Part shown: positions 28,456-41,441 of the stretch, in pieces
Numbering within the stretch: position 1 is the first letter of the stretch
How the letters are laid out: the number at the start of each line of letters is the position of its first letter
DNA from: Thermoanaerobaculia bacterium
Lineage (GTDB): Bacteria > Acidobacteriota > Thermoanaerobaculia > UBA5066
DNA: 64,000 nt
NCBI GenBank assembly: GCA_963816185.1
Contig: CAWFJJ010000028.1
Span: 480,001 to 544,000 of the forward strand
Direction of reading: 5' to 3'
Made by a program: the position numbers and the translations under genes
Notes under the pieces: model-generated
Seen by the model: the letters and a program-made list of their open reading frames with translations, nothing else
What the model was told of the DNA's origin: nothing
The model's database searches: none

Positions 28456-31400
28456 TGTTCCTCTCGAACCTCTCCATCAAGCGGCCCGTCTTCGCGACCG
28501 TCCTGATCCTCGCCCTGCTGACGCTGGGGCTCTTCTCCTACCGGCGCCTCGCGGTCGACATGTTCCCCGACATCGAGTTCCCCGTCGTCTCGATCACGAC
28601 CGAGCTTCCCGGCGCCTCGCCCGAGAGCGTCGAGCGCGAGGTGACGCGGCGCATCGAGGAGGCGGTCAACCCGATCCCGGGCGTCAAGCACGTCAGCTCC
28701 GACTCGCGCGAGGGGCTTTCCTCGGTGATCGTGGAGTTCGAGCTGAACGTCAAGGTGAACGACGCCTCGCAGGACGCGCGGGCGCGCATCACCGCCATCC
28801 GCCGCGAGCTCCCGGAGGCGATGAAGGACCCCGTCATCCAGAAGATGGACATCGGCGGGATGCCGATCGTCTCGCTCGCCGTCCGCTCCACGACGCTGGG
28901 GCCGAGGGAGCTCTCCACGCTCGTCGAGCGCCGGGTCAAGAGGCGCCTCGAGAACGTACCGGGCGTCGGCAAGGTGATGCTCGTCGGCGCGAGCAAGCGC
29001 GAGGTCAACGTCCTCCTGGATCCCTCGAGGCTCGAGGCCCTCGGGATGGGAGTGGACGAAGTCATCGCCGGCCTCTCATCCGAGAATGTCAACACGCCGC
29101 TCGGCCGGATCAATCGGGGAGACACCGAGGTGCCGCTCCGCGTCTCCGGCAAGGCCGAGGATGTCGCGGACTTCCAGAGGATGGTCATCGCGAGCAAGGG
29201 GGGGCACGCCGTCACCCTCGGCGAAGTCGGGACGATCGTGGACGGCATCGAGGAGCCCCGCTCCCTCGCGCTCGTAAACGGCGTCCCGTCCGTCGCCCTC
29301 AACATCCTCAAGCAGAGAAAGACGAACACCGTGGGTGTCGTCGACGCGGTAAAGAAGGAGATCGGGAAGCTCGAGACGGAGCTGCCCGCCGGCACCGACA
29401 TCGCGCTCGTGCGCGACGCCTCGCTCATGATCCGCGAGTCGGTCGAAGACGTGAGGACCACGCTGATCCTGGGCGGCTTCCTCACCGTGCTGATCGTCTT
29501 CTGCTTCCTGAACTCCTGGCGGTCCACGGTCATCACGGGGCTCACGCTCCCGATCTCCGTCATCTCCTCGTTCATCGCCATGTACTTCCTCGGAATGACG
29601 CTGAACGTGATGACGCTGATGGCTCTCTCGCTCGCGATCGGTCTCCTGATCGACGACGCCATCGTCGTCCGCGAGAACATCGTGAGGCATCTCGAGCGCG
29701 GCGCCGACCACTTCACCGCGGCGCGCGAGGGGACCGCCGAGATCGGCCTTGCCGTCCTCTCCACATCGCTCTCCATCGTCGCCGTCTTCGTGCCGGTGGC
29801 CTTCATGAAGGGGATCATCGGGCGCTTTTTCTTCCAGTTCGGCATCACGGTCACGTGGGCCGTCCTGATCTCGCTGTTCGTCTCCTTCACGCTCGACCCG
29901 ATGCTCTCCTCCCGCTGGGTCGACCCGGACATCGAGCGGAAGACGAACCGCCACGCGGTCGCGCGGGTCCTCGACCGCTTCAACGCCTGGTTCGACCGGA
30001 TGGCGGACCGGTACAAGCTCGTCATCGGCTGGGCGCTCGATCACCGCCGGACCGTTCTCCTTTCCGCCGCCGCGGCCTTCGCGGTCGGCCTGGCCCTTTT
30101 CGGGCTGCTCCAGGCCGAGTTCATGCCCCCCTTCGACAAGGGCGAGTTCCTCGTCCGCTTCAGGACGGCACCGGATGCGTCGCTCGCGGAGACGCGCGGC
30201 CGCCTCGAGGAGGCGCTGAAGCGGATCCGCGCGCTCCCCGAGGTGGCTCACACCTACGCCACGATCGGCGCGGCCGAGAACGAGACGGTGCGTGACGCGA
30301 CGATCTTCGTGAAGCTGAAGGAGCAAAGGGAGCGCAAACGAAAACAGAACGCGGTGATGCCCGACGTGCGCTGGCGACTCGGCGGGATCGCCGGGATCAT
30401 CCCCTCGGTCGAGGAAGATCCGGACAGCATGCAGAAGCCGATGCAGGTCCTCATCAAGGGAGAGGAGATCCCGCGCCTGAAGGAGTACGCCGCCGAGCTG
30501 AAGGCGAAGCTGCGGAAGATCCCGGGCATCGTCGACCTCGACGCGACCCTCGAGCAGGACCTGCCGGAGTACCGCCTCGAGGTGGACCGCGAGCGCTCGC
30601 GCGACGTGGGGATCTCCACCGATGCGATCGTCCGCACCGTCTCGGCGCTCGTCGGCGGCCAGATCGTCTCCACGTGGGACGACGAGGCGGGCGAATCGGT
30701 CAACGTTCGCGTCCGGCTTCCGGAAGCGCAGAGGCGTGACGTCACGCAGGTCGGTGACCTCAGGCTCGCGGTCGCCTCGCGAGGCCGGGGGCTGGTCCCG
30801 ATCGGCGACCTCGTCAAGACGCAGCGCGCCCTCTCCCCCTCGGAAATCACGCGGCGCGATCTGTCGCGCCAGGTCGTCGTCTCCTCGAACCTCGACCGCC
30901 TGCCGCTCGGCACAGCCGGAGAGAAGTCGATGGAGGCCGCCGGCACGCTGAAGATGGCGCCCGGCTACCGGGCCGTGATGGGGGGCGACACCGAATGGAT
31001 GATCGAGTCGTTCGGCTACATGGCCGAGGCGCTCGTCCTGGCCATCATCTTCGTCTACCTGATCCTCGCGGCGCAGTTCGAGAGCTTCATCGACCCGCTC
31101 TCGATCATGCTCTCGCTCCCCCTCTCGATCGTCGGGATGGCGGGAGCGCTCCTCCTGACGGGCGACACCGTGAACATCATGTCGCTCATCGGGCTGATCC
31201 TCCTGATGGGGCTCGTCACGAAGAACGCGATCCTCCTCGTCGACCGGGCCAAGACGCTGAGGAAAGGAGGAATGGACCGCCGCGAAGCTCTCATCTCAGC
31301 CGGACGGACACGCCTTCGCCCGATTCTGATGACGACGCTCGCGATGATCTTCGGCATGCTCCCGCTCGCCCTGGCCATCGGGCAGGGTGCCGAGATGCGC

Positions 31401-32918
31401 GCCCCGATGGCCCGCGCGGTCGTCGGCGGGCTGATCACCTCCACGATCCTCACCCTCATCGTCATCCCCGTCGTCTACACGTTTTTCGACGACCTCGCCG
31501 GCCTCATCCACCGGCGGTGGGCGAAGGCGAGCGCCGTCCAGACGAACCACCTCTCCGTCGACGCGGCTGCCCGGGTGAGCCAGGCGGCGCGAGAGCTGAA
31601 GGTCCCCGGAACGCTCGCCGTCCTTCTGGCCGCCCTCCTTCCGGGCGTCGCGCGTTCCGAAACGATGCAGACCGCCGTATCCGCGCCGTCCGGGACAGGC
31701 GTCGTCCTGACGCTCGACGAGGCGCTCAGCCTCGCCGCTTCGCAGGGACGCGACGTGGCCAAGGCGCACGAGTATCAGACCTGGGTGCGGGGGAAATACG
31801 TCGAGGAGCGCGCCGCCGCGCTTCCCGACGTGTCGCTCGTCGCCTCCTACAACCGGCAGTGGGACGAGAGCCTCAAGGCCTTCTTCGGCGATTTCATCCC
31901 CCCTGCGCAGAACAACCGCTACGCCGAGGTGCAGCTCTCGCAGACCCTCTTCGCGTGGGGCAAGGTCGGGGCGGCGCTGCGCGCGGCGAAGGCCGGTATC
32001 GCGAGCGCCGACGACCGCATGGACTACGCGCGGCAGACTTCGCTGAGGGACGCCACCGCGGCCTTCACGGACGTCCTCCTCGCGAAGGAGCTGAAGGTCA
32101 TCGCCGAGGAGACGCTCACTCAGCGCGAAAGGCACCTGGACCAGGCGCGCCGCCGCCTCGCGTTGGGGACGGCCACCGACTACGACCTCCTCGCCGCGGA
32201 CGTCGCCGTCCAGAATGCGCGTCCCGAGGCGATTCGCGCCGTAAACCTCGTGGCGCTCGCCCTCGAGAAGCTCCGGATCCTGCTCGCGCTCGCGCGCCCG
32301 ATCGCCGACGTGAAGGGGACGCTCGACGTCGACCTCCTCGCCGCGCCGCGATACGAGGACGCGCTCGAGAAGGCCCTCGCCGCGCGCCCTGACCTCAAGG
32401 AGCTCGCCCACCAGGTCACGGTGGCGAAGGAGCTCGTGAAGATCGCGAAGACCGGCGACAAGCCGACGGTCGACTTCCGGGGTTCGGTCGGCTGGAAGGG
32501 GATCAGCGCCGGCGATGTCTCGGCCGACGGCAAGACCTGGAACGCCGGCCTCTATCTCTCTTTCCCCTTCTTCGACGGCCTCGCGACCAAGGGGCGCGTC
32601 CGCGAGTCGGAGAGCAACCTCAACACGCTCGAGATCGACGTCGCCCGGGCGCGGGACGCCGTGGCGCTCGACGTCAGGACCATCGTCGACGCCGTCCGCG
32701 AGTCGTCCGAGATCGTGCGCGCGCTCTCTGGGACCGTGGAGCAGGCGAGGCGGCTCCTCGCGATGGCAGACAAGGGCTTCGAGCTGGGAGTGAAGACCCG
32801 GATCGAAGTGGAGGACGCGCAGCTCGCCCTCCGCTCGGCCGAGGCGAGCCTCGCACGCGCCCGCCGCGAGCACATCGTGGCGCGGACGGGCCTGAGGTGG
32901 GTGCAGGGGGAGCTCTAG
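28455..32918 (+). CDS. RND efflux permease (AcrB/CzcA-like) read in frame into a TolC-family outer-membrane factor
   Basis: MFLSNLSIKRPVFA, GLLIDDAIVVREN, RLRPILMTT; then a signal-peptide-like linker and TolC-like LTLDEAL...ALARRPDL-type, LSFPFFDG, FELGVKT..EVEDAQ segments. Confidence 0.9.
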   Translation: MFLSNLSIKRPVFATVLILALLTLGLFSYRRLAVDMFPDIEFPVVSITTELPGASPESVEREVTRRIEEAVNPIPGVKHVSSDSREGLSSVIVEFELNVKVNDASQDARARITAIRRELPEAMKDPVIQKMDIGGMPIVSLAVRSTTLGPRELSTLVERRVKRRLENVPGVGKVMLVGASKREVNVLLDPSRLEALGMGVDEVIAGLSSENVNTPLGRINRGDTEVPLRVSGKAEDVADFQRMVIASKGGHAVTLGEVGTIVDGIEEPRSLALVNGVPSVALNILKQRKTNTVGVVDAVKKEIGKLETELPAGTDIALVRDASLMIRESVEDVRTTLILGGFLTVLIVFCFLNSWRSTVITGLTLPISVISSFIAMYFLGMTLNVMTLMALSLAIGLLIDDAIVVRENIVRHLERGADHFTAAREGTAEIGLAVLSTSLSIVAVFVPVAFMKGIIGRFFFQFGITVTWAVLISLFVSFTLDPMLSSRWVDPDIERKTNRHAVARVLDRFNAWFDRMADRYKLVIGWALDHRRTVLLSAAAAFAVGLALFGLLQAEFMPPFDKGEFLVRFRTAPDASLAETRGRLEEALKRIRALPEVAHTYATIGAAENETVRDATIFVKLKEQRERKRKQNAVMPDVRWRLGGIAGIIPSVEEDPDSMQKPMQVLIKGEEIPRLKEYAAELKAKLRKIPGIVDLDATLEQDLPEYRLEVDRERSRDVGISTDAIVRTVSALVGGQIVSTWDDEAGESVNVRVRLPEAQRRDVTQVGDLRLAVASRGRGLVPIGDLVKTQRALSPSEITRRDLSRQVVVSSNLDRLPLGTAGEKSMEAAGTLKMAPGYRAVMGGDTEWMIESFGYMAEALVLAIIFVYLILAAQFESFIDPLSIMLSLPLSIVGMAGALLLTGDTVNIMSLIGLILLMGLVTKNAILLVDRAKTLRKGGMDRREALISAGRTRLRPILMTTLAMIFGMLPLALAIGQGAEMRAPMARAVVGGLITSTILTLIVIPVVYTFFDDLAGLIHRRWAKASAVQTNHLSVDAAARVSQAARELKVPGTLAVLLAALLPGVARSETMQTAVSAPSGTGVVLTLDEALSLAASQGRDVAKAHEYQTWVRGKYVEERAAALPDVSLVASYNRQWDESLKAFFGDFIPPAQNNRYAEVQLSQTLFAWGKVGAALRAAKAGIASADDRMDYARQTSLRDATAAFTDVLLAKELKVIAEETLTQRERHLDQARRRLALGTATDYDLLAADVAVQNARPEAIRAVNLVALALEKLRILLALARPIADVKGTLDVDLLAAPRYEDALEKALAARPDLKELAHQVTVAKELVKIAKTGDKPTVDFRGSVGWKGISAGDVSADGKTWNAGLYLSFPFFDGLATKGRVRESESNLNTLEIDVARARDAVALDVRTIVDAVRESSEIVRALSGTVEQARRLLAMADKGFELGVKTRIEVEDAQLALRSAEASLARARREHIVARTGLRWVQGEL

Positions 32919-32994
32919 CAGGCTGGACGCACGAGACGCCCGTGGGCGGCGTCGGGACGAGCGCCGCGAGAACGCAGATGCTCTCGACGGTCGC

Positions 32995-33023
32995 TTGACA
33001 CATTTCTGAAGCCGTTCTAGTGT
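32995..33023 (+). promoter_or_regulatory. Sigma70-type promoter
   Basis: TTGACA (32995-33000), 17-nt spacer, TAGTGT (33018-33023); upstream of GGAGG and ATG 33095. Confidence 0.7.
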
Positions 33024-33094
33024 GCAAATGAGACAGAGTAGCAGTCACAACGACCTGTTACGTCTGGAATTCTGTCGTTTTCCCGGGAGGTTCC

Positions 33095-36000
33095 ATGTCA
33101 AACCCTGTTTTCCTGCAACGGCGTTTCGCCCTCGCGGTCTGCCTCCTCGGGCTCGCCCTCGGCACAGGGACGCTTCGTGCCCAGACTGCCGGGCAGAACG
33201 TCAACATCGTCTCGGGAACGAGCCTCCCGGGAGGAGACCCTTTCCTGCAGCGCCAGAACGAGCCGTCGCTGGCCGTCTCGAGCCGGAACCAGCTGCATCT
33301 CCTGGCGGGCGCAAACGACTACCGGACGGTCGATCTGCCGGGACTTCCCGACGGAGATGAAACGGGAGACGCCTGGCTGGGCGTGTTCAAGTCCGTGAAC
33401 GGCGGGCGGACGTGGACCAGCACGCTCGTGCCCGGCTACCCGCAGGACCCGTCCGCGCAGGGTCTGGCGTCGCCGATACACGGGTTCGCGGCCGCCTCGG
33501 ACCCGACGGTGCGCGCCGGCACCAACGGACTCTTCTACTACAGCGGCATCGCCTTCAACCGCGGCAGCAACGCGCCCGGTGCGATCTTCGTCGCCCGGTA
33601 CATCGACAACAACAACAAGGAGAACGGCGACCCGACGTCCTATCTCTCGACCGCGATCATCGACACCGGCAACTCCGGACAGTTCGTCGACAAGCCGTGG
33701 CTGGCGGTGGACGTTCCGCTGGCGGGCGCGCCCGTGTGCAGCATCCCGACCGCTCCGGCCCAGCTCTTTCCCGCGGGCAACGTCTACATCGCGTATGCGG
33801 TCTTCCCCGGCAGCAACAACAACCAGGTCGTCTTCGCCCGTTCGACCGACTGCGGGGCCACCTGGACCAAGCCCATCAAGGTCTCCGAGAGCCAGCAGTC
33901 GAACCAGGGAGTCGTCATGGCCGTCTCTCCGGCCACGGGCGGCGGCGCCGTCCCGCACCCGATCTACATCGCGTGGCGGCGATTCGCCACGTCCAACAGC
34001 ACCGACGCCATCCTGGTCGCCCAGTCCCTGGACGGTGGCCAGACCTTCTCGAAGGCGACCGTGGTCGCGAGCATCCTGCCCTTCGACCAGACCTCGATCG
34101 TCGGTTTCCGGACGAACGCGTTTCCCTCCATGGCCATCGACGCCACGGGACGCGTCTACCTCGTCTGGTCGCAGCGGGATCTGGCCGGCAACGCCCGAAT
34201 CGTGATCTCGTCCTCTTCCGACGGAGTCCTTTGGACGACGCCGGCCTCCGTCGATCCGGCATCCACCGGGCAGCAGTTCATGCCGTCGATCACCTTCACC
34301 GCGGGAAAGCTGATGGTCCTCTACTACGACTCCCGCGATGACCACACGATCGGCGTGCTCTCGAAAACGTGCCCGGCCGGTCAGACGTGCGTTCCCTTCG
34401 GACCGTTCTCCCAATACCAGCAGCCGGTCGCCGATATTGGCTTGCCCGGCCCACTTCCCGGCTTTGTCTCCGATGCGGGACTCCACCGCCGCCGCACAAT
34501 CGACGTGCGCACGACCCAGGCCGACCCGGGGGCCTCGCCGCTGTTCAGCCCGTCGGTGCGGGTCTCGAGCTACCGTTACGGCTCGAGCCCGACCTACGCC
34601 ACGACGCTGGGCCTTCCCTCAAACAGCCTCCTGCAGCTCCAGTACAACCCGCCGAGCCTTCCGATGTTCAAGCTGGGAACGACCGGTTTCATCGGCGACT
34701 ACATCGACTTCTCGGGCCCGGTGCTGGCTCCAGGCGCCAGCGGCTGGAACTTCGTCTCGCCGTCCAGCACCCAGATCGCCCACGCCGTCTGGGCCGACAA
34801 CCGGGACGTGCGCGCGCCGCGAACCCTGAATACGCTGGGCTTCCCCGACTGGACGCATTACACGCCCCCGTCCGTTTCGGGCACGGGCATCATCTGCTCG
34901 CCGGGCGACGCCGGCATGCGGAACCAGAACATCTACACGGCGCGCGTGTCGCAGGGCGTGCTCTTCCAGGCTCTCGAGAACGCGAAACCGTTGAGCGCGA
35001 CGCTTCAGCGCGGTTTCGTCGTCGTCGTGCAGAACCTGACGGGGGGCGCGAAGCGGTTCCAGCTCACGATCGCCAATCAGCCCACTGGCGGCCAGGCCTC
35101 GTTCTCGCAGACGAGCCTTCTCACCGTTCTCGACCTTCAGGTGGCTCCGCGCTCGAGCGTTTCGCGCACGATCTACGTGACGTCCACGGACGTCCACGCC
35201 TCCGTGGGTTCGAACCTCGCGGAGCTGGACTTCTCGACCGGGACCGTTCTCCCCGGCGGCATCCAGGGAGCGGTCGCGTTGAATCCGGACATCACGAACC
35301 CCGACATCACCAATCCGGACATTACGAATCCCGACATCACGAACCCGGACATCACGAACGCCGAGGTCTACAACCCCGACATCACGAATCCCGACATCAC
35401 GAATCCCGACATCACGAACCCCGACATCACGAACCCCGACATCACGAACCCCGACATCACGAATACTCTCCTGGCGAATCCCGACATCACGAACCCCGAT
35501 ATCACGAATCCCGATATCACGAATCCCGACATCACGAACCCCGATATCACGAACCCCGATATCACGAACACGAGCCTTTACGACGTCTCGGAAGCGAGCT
35601 CCACGGTCACCAACACCGGCAATACCTCGTCCTCGTACAACGTCAACCTGCTGGCGACGGACTCGGTCCCCGCGAGCTTCGGCGCTGGCGGCGGCAGTTT
35701 CCTGCAGCTGATCGTGTCGAAGAGCTTCGTCACGCAGACCATGCAGGAATGTGCGGAGCTTCCCGAGGTCAGCAACCTGGTCGTGGCCAACGTGACGAGG
35801 CCGGTCGTCAAGGACATCTCCAATACGCTGCCCGCCGACACGGACGCGGCGGTGGCGGCTGCCACGACCCCGGACGTCACGACCGGAGCGATCAGCAACG
35901 CCACGCTCGCTCTCCAGCCCGGCGAGTCGGCCCGCATCCGGGTTCGGGTCTTCCAGAACAAGTCCGACTCGGTCAAGTTCGATCCGCACAAGAGCCTCTC

Positions 36001-36349
36001 GCCCGTCGCCGTGGCGCACGGCGCGAACTCGAACAACGCGGCGAAGAAAGCCGCCTTCGCGATCCGGCTGACGATCGCGAGCAACAATCACAATCTTCCC
36101 TTGGCCGTTCCGAACAAGCCCTACAGCGCGACTCTGAAAGCCCTCGGCGGCAAGGTGACCCTCACCTGGTCGGTCATCAGCGGCGCGCTCCCGAACGGCC
36201 TCACGCTCAATGCCTCGACGGGAGTGATCTCCGGAACGCCGAAGGTGTCCGGGCCTTATCCCGTCTCCTTCTCCTTCACCGTCCGCGTCTCGGACCCGGT
36301 CGGGGATCAGTTCACGAAGGATCTGACGCTGGTCGTCAACAACAAGTAG
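33095..36349 (+). CDS. Large secreted protein: BNR/Asp-box propeller + NPDIT pentapeptide repeats + putative Ig domain
   Basis: Signal peptide; SVNGGRTW, STDCGATW and SLDGGQTF Asp-boxes; repeat tract; C-terminal WSVISGALPNGLTLNASTGVISGTP. Confidence 0.9.
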   Translation: MSNPVFLQRRFALAVCLLGLALGTGTLRAQTAGQNVNIVSGTSLPGGDPFLQRQNEPSLAVSSRNQLHLLAGANDYRTVDLPGLPDGDETGDAWLGVFKSVNGGRTWTSTLVPGYPQDPSAQGLASPIHGFAAASDPTVRAGTNGLFYYSGIAFNRGSNAPGAIFVARYIDNNNKENGDPTSYLSTAIIDTGNSGQFVDKPWLAVDVPLAGAPVCSIPTAPAQLFPAGNVYIAYAVFPGSNNNQVVFARSTDCGATWTKPIKVSESQQSNQGVVMAVSPATGGGAVPHPIYIAWRRFATSNSTDAILVAQSLDGGQTFSKATVVASILPFDQTSIVGFRTNAFPSMAIDATGRVYLVWSQRDLAGNARIVISSSSDGVLWTTPASVDPASTGQQFMPSITFTAGKLMVLYYDSRDDHTIGVLSKTCPAGQTCVPFGPFSQYQQPVADIGLPGPLPGFVSDAGLHRRRTIDVRTTQADPGASPLFSPSVRVSSYRYGSSPTYATTLGLPSNSLLQLQYNPPSLPMFKLGTTGFIGDYIDFSGPVLAPGASGWNFVSPSSTQIAHAVWADNRDVRAPRTLNTLGFPDWTHYTPPSVSGTGIICSPGDAGMRNQNIYTARVSQGVLFQALENAKPLSATLQRGFVVVVQNLTGGAKRFQLTIANQPTGGQASFSQTSLLTVLDLQVAPRSSVSRTIYVTSTDVHASVGSNLAELDFSTGTVLPGGIQGAVALNPDITNPDITNPDITNPDITNPDITNAEVYNPDITNPDITNPDITNPDITNPDITNPDITNTLLANPDITNPDITNPDITNPDITNPDITNPDITNTSLYDVSEASSTVTNTGNTSSSYNVNLLATDSVPASFGAGGGSFLQLIVSKSFVTQTMQECAELPEVSNLVVANVTRPVVKDISNTLPADTDAAVAAATTPDVTTGAISNATLALQPGESARIRVRVFQNKSDSVKFDPHKSLSPVAVAHGANSNNAAKKAAFAIRLTIASNNHNLPLAVPNKPYSATLKALGGKVTLTWSVISGALPNGLTLNASTGVISGTPKVSGPYPVSFSFTVRVSDPVGDQFTKDLTLVVNNK
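35282..35581 (+). repeat. Coding 15-bp tandem repeat (NPDIT x17 in blocks of 5/6/6 plus 3 variant units)
   Basis: AAY CCS GAY ATY ACS units with synonymous variation; variant units NAEVY, NTLLA and NTSLY keep the 5-residue register. Confidence 0.97.
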
Positions 36350-36356
36350 CCCTCAA

Positions 36357-39323
<2,967 letters not shown>

Positions 39324-39337
39324 CGTGGCCCAGAACC

Positions 39338-40876
39338 TCACTCCCACTCGATCGTGCCGGGAGGCTTGGAGGTCACGTCGTAGACGACCCGGTTCACGCC
39401 GCGCACCTCGCCCACGATGCGGCGGGAGGCGCGGTCGAGGAGATCGTGCGGGAGACGCGCCCAGTCCGCCGTCATGAAATCCTCGGTCGTCACCGCCCGC
39501 AACGCGACGACGCTCTCGTACGTGCGGCCGTCGCCCATGACGCCCACGCTCTTCACCGGCAGCAACACCGCGAACGCCTGCGAGGTCCTCTCGTAAAAGC
39601 CGCCGGAACGCAGCTCCTCGAGAAAGATCGCGTCGGCGTCCTGCAGGATCCTCACGCGCTCTTTCGTGATCTCGCCCGGGATGCGCACGGCAAGGCCGGG
39701 GCCCGGGAAGGGATGACGCGAGAGCATCTCGCCGGGAATCCCCAGCTCCTCGCCGAGTCGCCGGACCTCGTCCTTGAACAGCTCGCGGAGCGGCTCGAGC
39801 AGGCGGAACCCGAGCTTCTCGGGCAGCCCGCCGACGTTGTGGTGCGTCTTGATGACCGCCGAAGGCCCCTTGATCGACACGGACTCGATCACGTCGGGAT
39901 AGAGCGTGCCCTGTAGCAGCCACTCGGCGCCGTCCACGGCCTTTGCATTCTCGGTGAAGACGTCGATGAAGAGGCCGCCGATGATCCTTCGCTTTCGCTC
40001 GGGCTCCGCCACGCCTGCGAGGGCGCTCAGGAACCGCTCCGACGCGTCGACGCCCGTCACGGGCAGGCCGAGATGCCGGAAAGCCTCGAGCACCTGCCGC
40101 CCCTCGTATTTGCGCAGAAGTCCCGTGTCCACGAAGACGCCCCGGAAGCGATCTCCCACGGCCTCGCGCGTCAGGACCGCGGCGACCGTCGAGTCAACTC
40201 CTCCCGACAGCGCGCCGAGGACGACGCCGTGCTTCACCTCGTCTCTCAGGCGCGCAACGGTCGCGTCGCGAAAGCCGGCCATCGTCCAGGACGGCTTCGC
40301 GCCGCAGACGTCGTAGAGAAAGTTCTCGAGCATCTGGGCGCCATGCTCGGAGTGGTGGACCTCCGGGTGCCCCTGAATGCCGAAGAGGGCGCGTGCGGGG
40401 TCCTCGAAGGCGGCGACGGGCGCGTTCTCGGTCGTCGCGGTCACGGAGAAGCCCTCCGGAGCGGTCTCCACGTGGTCTCCGTGGCTCATCCAGATCGTCT
40501 CGGAGGGGCCGAGGCCGCGGAACAGACGGCCGCCCGACACCTTCACCTGCGCGCGTCCGTACTCGCGGCCCGGGGCGCTCCCGACCCTGCCGCCGTAACG
40601 CTGCGCGATCCACATCATCCCGTAGCACAGGCCCAGAACCGGCACTCCGAGACCGAAGAGCCCCGCGTCCCCCTGCGGCGCGCCCTTGTCGTAGACGCTC
40701 GAGGGGCCGCCCGACAGGATGATCCCTTTCGGGGCGAGCGCCGCGATCTCCCCCGCCTTCGTATCGAACGGAAGAACCACCGACCGCACCCTCGCTTCGC
40801 GGATCCGCCGGGCGATCACCTGCGTGTACTGCGAGCCGAAGTCGAGGACGACCACCGAATCGGCGCTGGCGTTCAC
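39338..40876 (-). CDS. guaA: GMP synthase (glutamine-hydrolysing)
   Basis: LDFGSQYT, GLCYG, SGGVDS, IKTHHNVGGLP, KPPGTIEWE. Confidence 0.99.
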   Translation of the reverse strand: MNASADSVVVLDFGSQYTQVIARRIREARVRSVVLPFDTKAGEIAALAPKGIILSGGPSSVYDKGAPQGDAGLFGLGVPVLGLCYGMMWIAQRYGGRVGSAPGREYGRAQVKVSGGRLFRGLGPSETIWMSHGDHVETAPEGFSVTATTENAPVAAFEDPARALFGIQGHPEVHHSEHGAQMLENFLYDVCGAKPSWTMAGFRDATVARLRDEVKHGVVLGALSGGVDSTVAAVLTREAVGDRFRGVFVDTGLLRKYEGRQVLEAFRHLGLPVTGVDASERFLSALAGVAEPERKRRIIGGLFIDVFTENAKAVDGAEWLLQGTLYPDVIESVSIKGPSAVIKTHHNVGGLPEKLGFRLLEPLRELFKDEVRRLGEELGIPGEMLSRHPFPGPGLAVRIPGEITKERVRILQDADAIFLEELRSGGFYERTSQAFAVLLPVKSVGVMGDGRTYESVVALRAVTTEDFMTADWARLPHDLLDRASRRIVGEVRGVNRVVYDVTSKPPGTIEWE

Positions 40877-40908
40877 TGCGCCGAGTATACGGACGGCGTC
40901 GCGACCGC

Positions 40909-41437
40909 TCAGGCGGGTCTGCGCAGCCGCCCGATCAACGCGCGCGGCACGGCCACGAGGCCCGCGACGATGACGCCCGAGATCAGGGCGGCGAACGCGG
41001 CGAGCGCGACGAGCAGGGGGCCGACGTTGATTCCCCCCGGCAGGTCACCGCCGTGCGCCACTCGGTGCAGGGAGACGCCATACACGAGAGCGGCAAGGGC
41101 CGTGATCGAGAGAAACGCCCAGCGGCTCTCCGGAGGGATCGCGTCGCCTTCGCCGCCCGGGACGGCGGGACCAGAGAGGCGCCGCGGCCGAGACTCCCGC
41201 GTCGGCGAAGAAAAGGAGCACGCCCGACATGAGGTAGAGAGGGACGAAGAACGCGATCGAGGCGGCGACGTATCTCACCAGGGGCCGCTTCGAAAGGGCC
41301 GCGCCGAGCGCATCGGCCAGCAGCGGATACGGGATGAACCTCTCGGTCGCGTGCGAATGCACCGCGAGAAAGGCGGTGAGTACGAGCACGAACGCCGCGG
41401 GCGCCGCCACGAGAAAAGCGCGCGCGATGCGAAACAT
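40909..41437 (-). CDS. Membrane hypothetical protein; apparent frameshift near 41170
   Basis: Hydrophobic N-terminal ORF 41045..41437; an alternative frame gives PPESRWAFLSITALAALVYG...VAVPRALIGRLRRPA with stop at 40909. Confidence 0.6.
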
Positions 41438-41441
41438 CGAG

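Noticed and set aside
28296-28457. Triple MFP-RND-TolC fusion suggested by the ORF track
   Set aside because: A TGATG stop/start overlap and a typical permease start (MFLSNLSIKRP) at 28455, plus three other indels in the MFP gene, point to one more error.
32970-32990. Third copy of the GATG-N9-CATC element (GCAGATGCTC)
   Set aside because: Only the central 10 nt match; both palindromic arms are absent.
35282-35581. CRISPR array
   Set aside because: 15-bp contiguous coding repeats with synonymous variation, no unique spacers and no cas genes.
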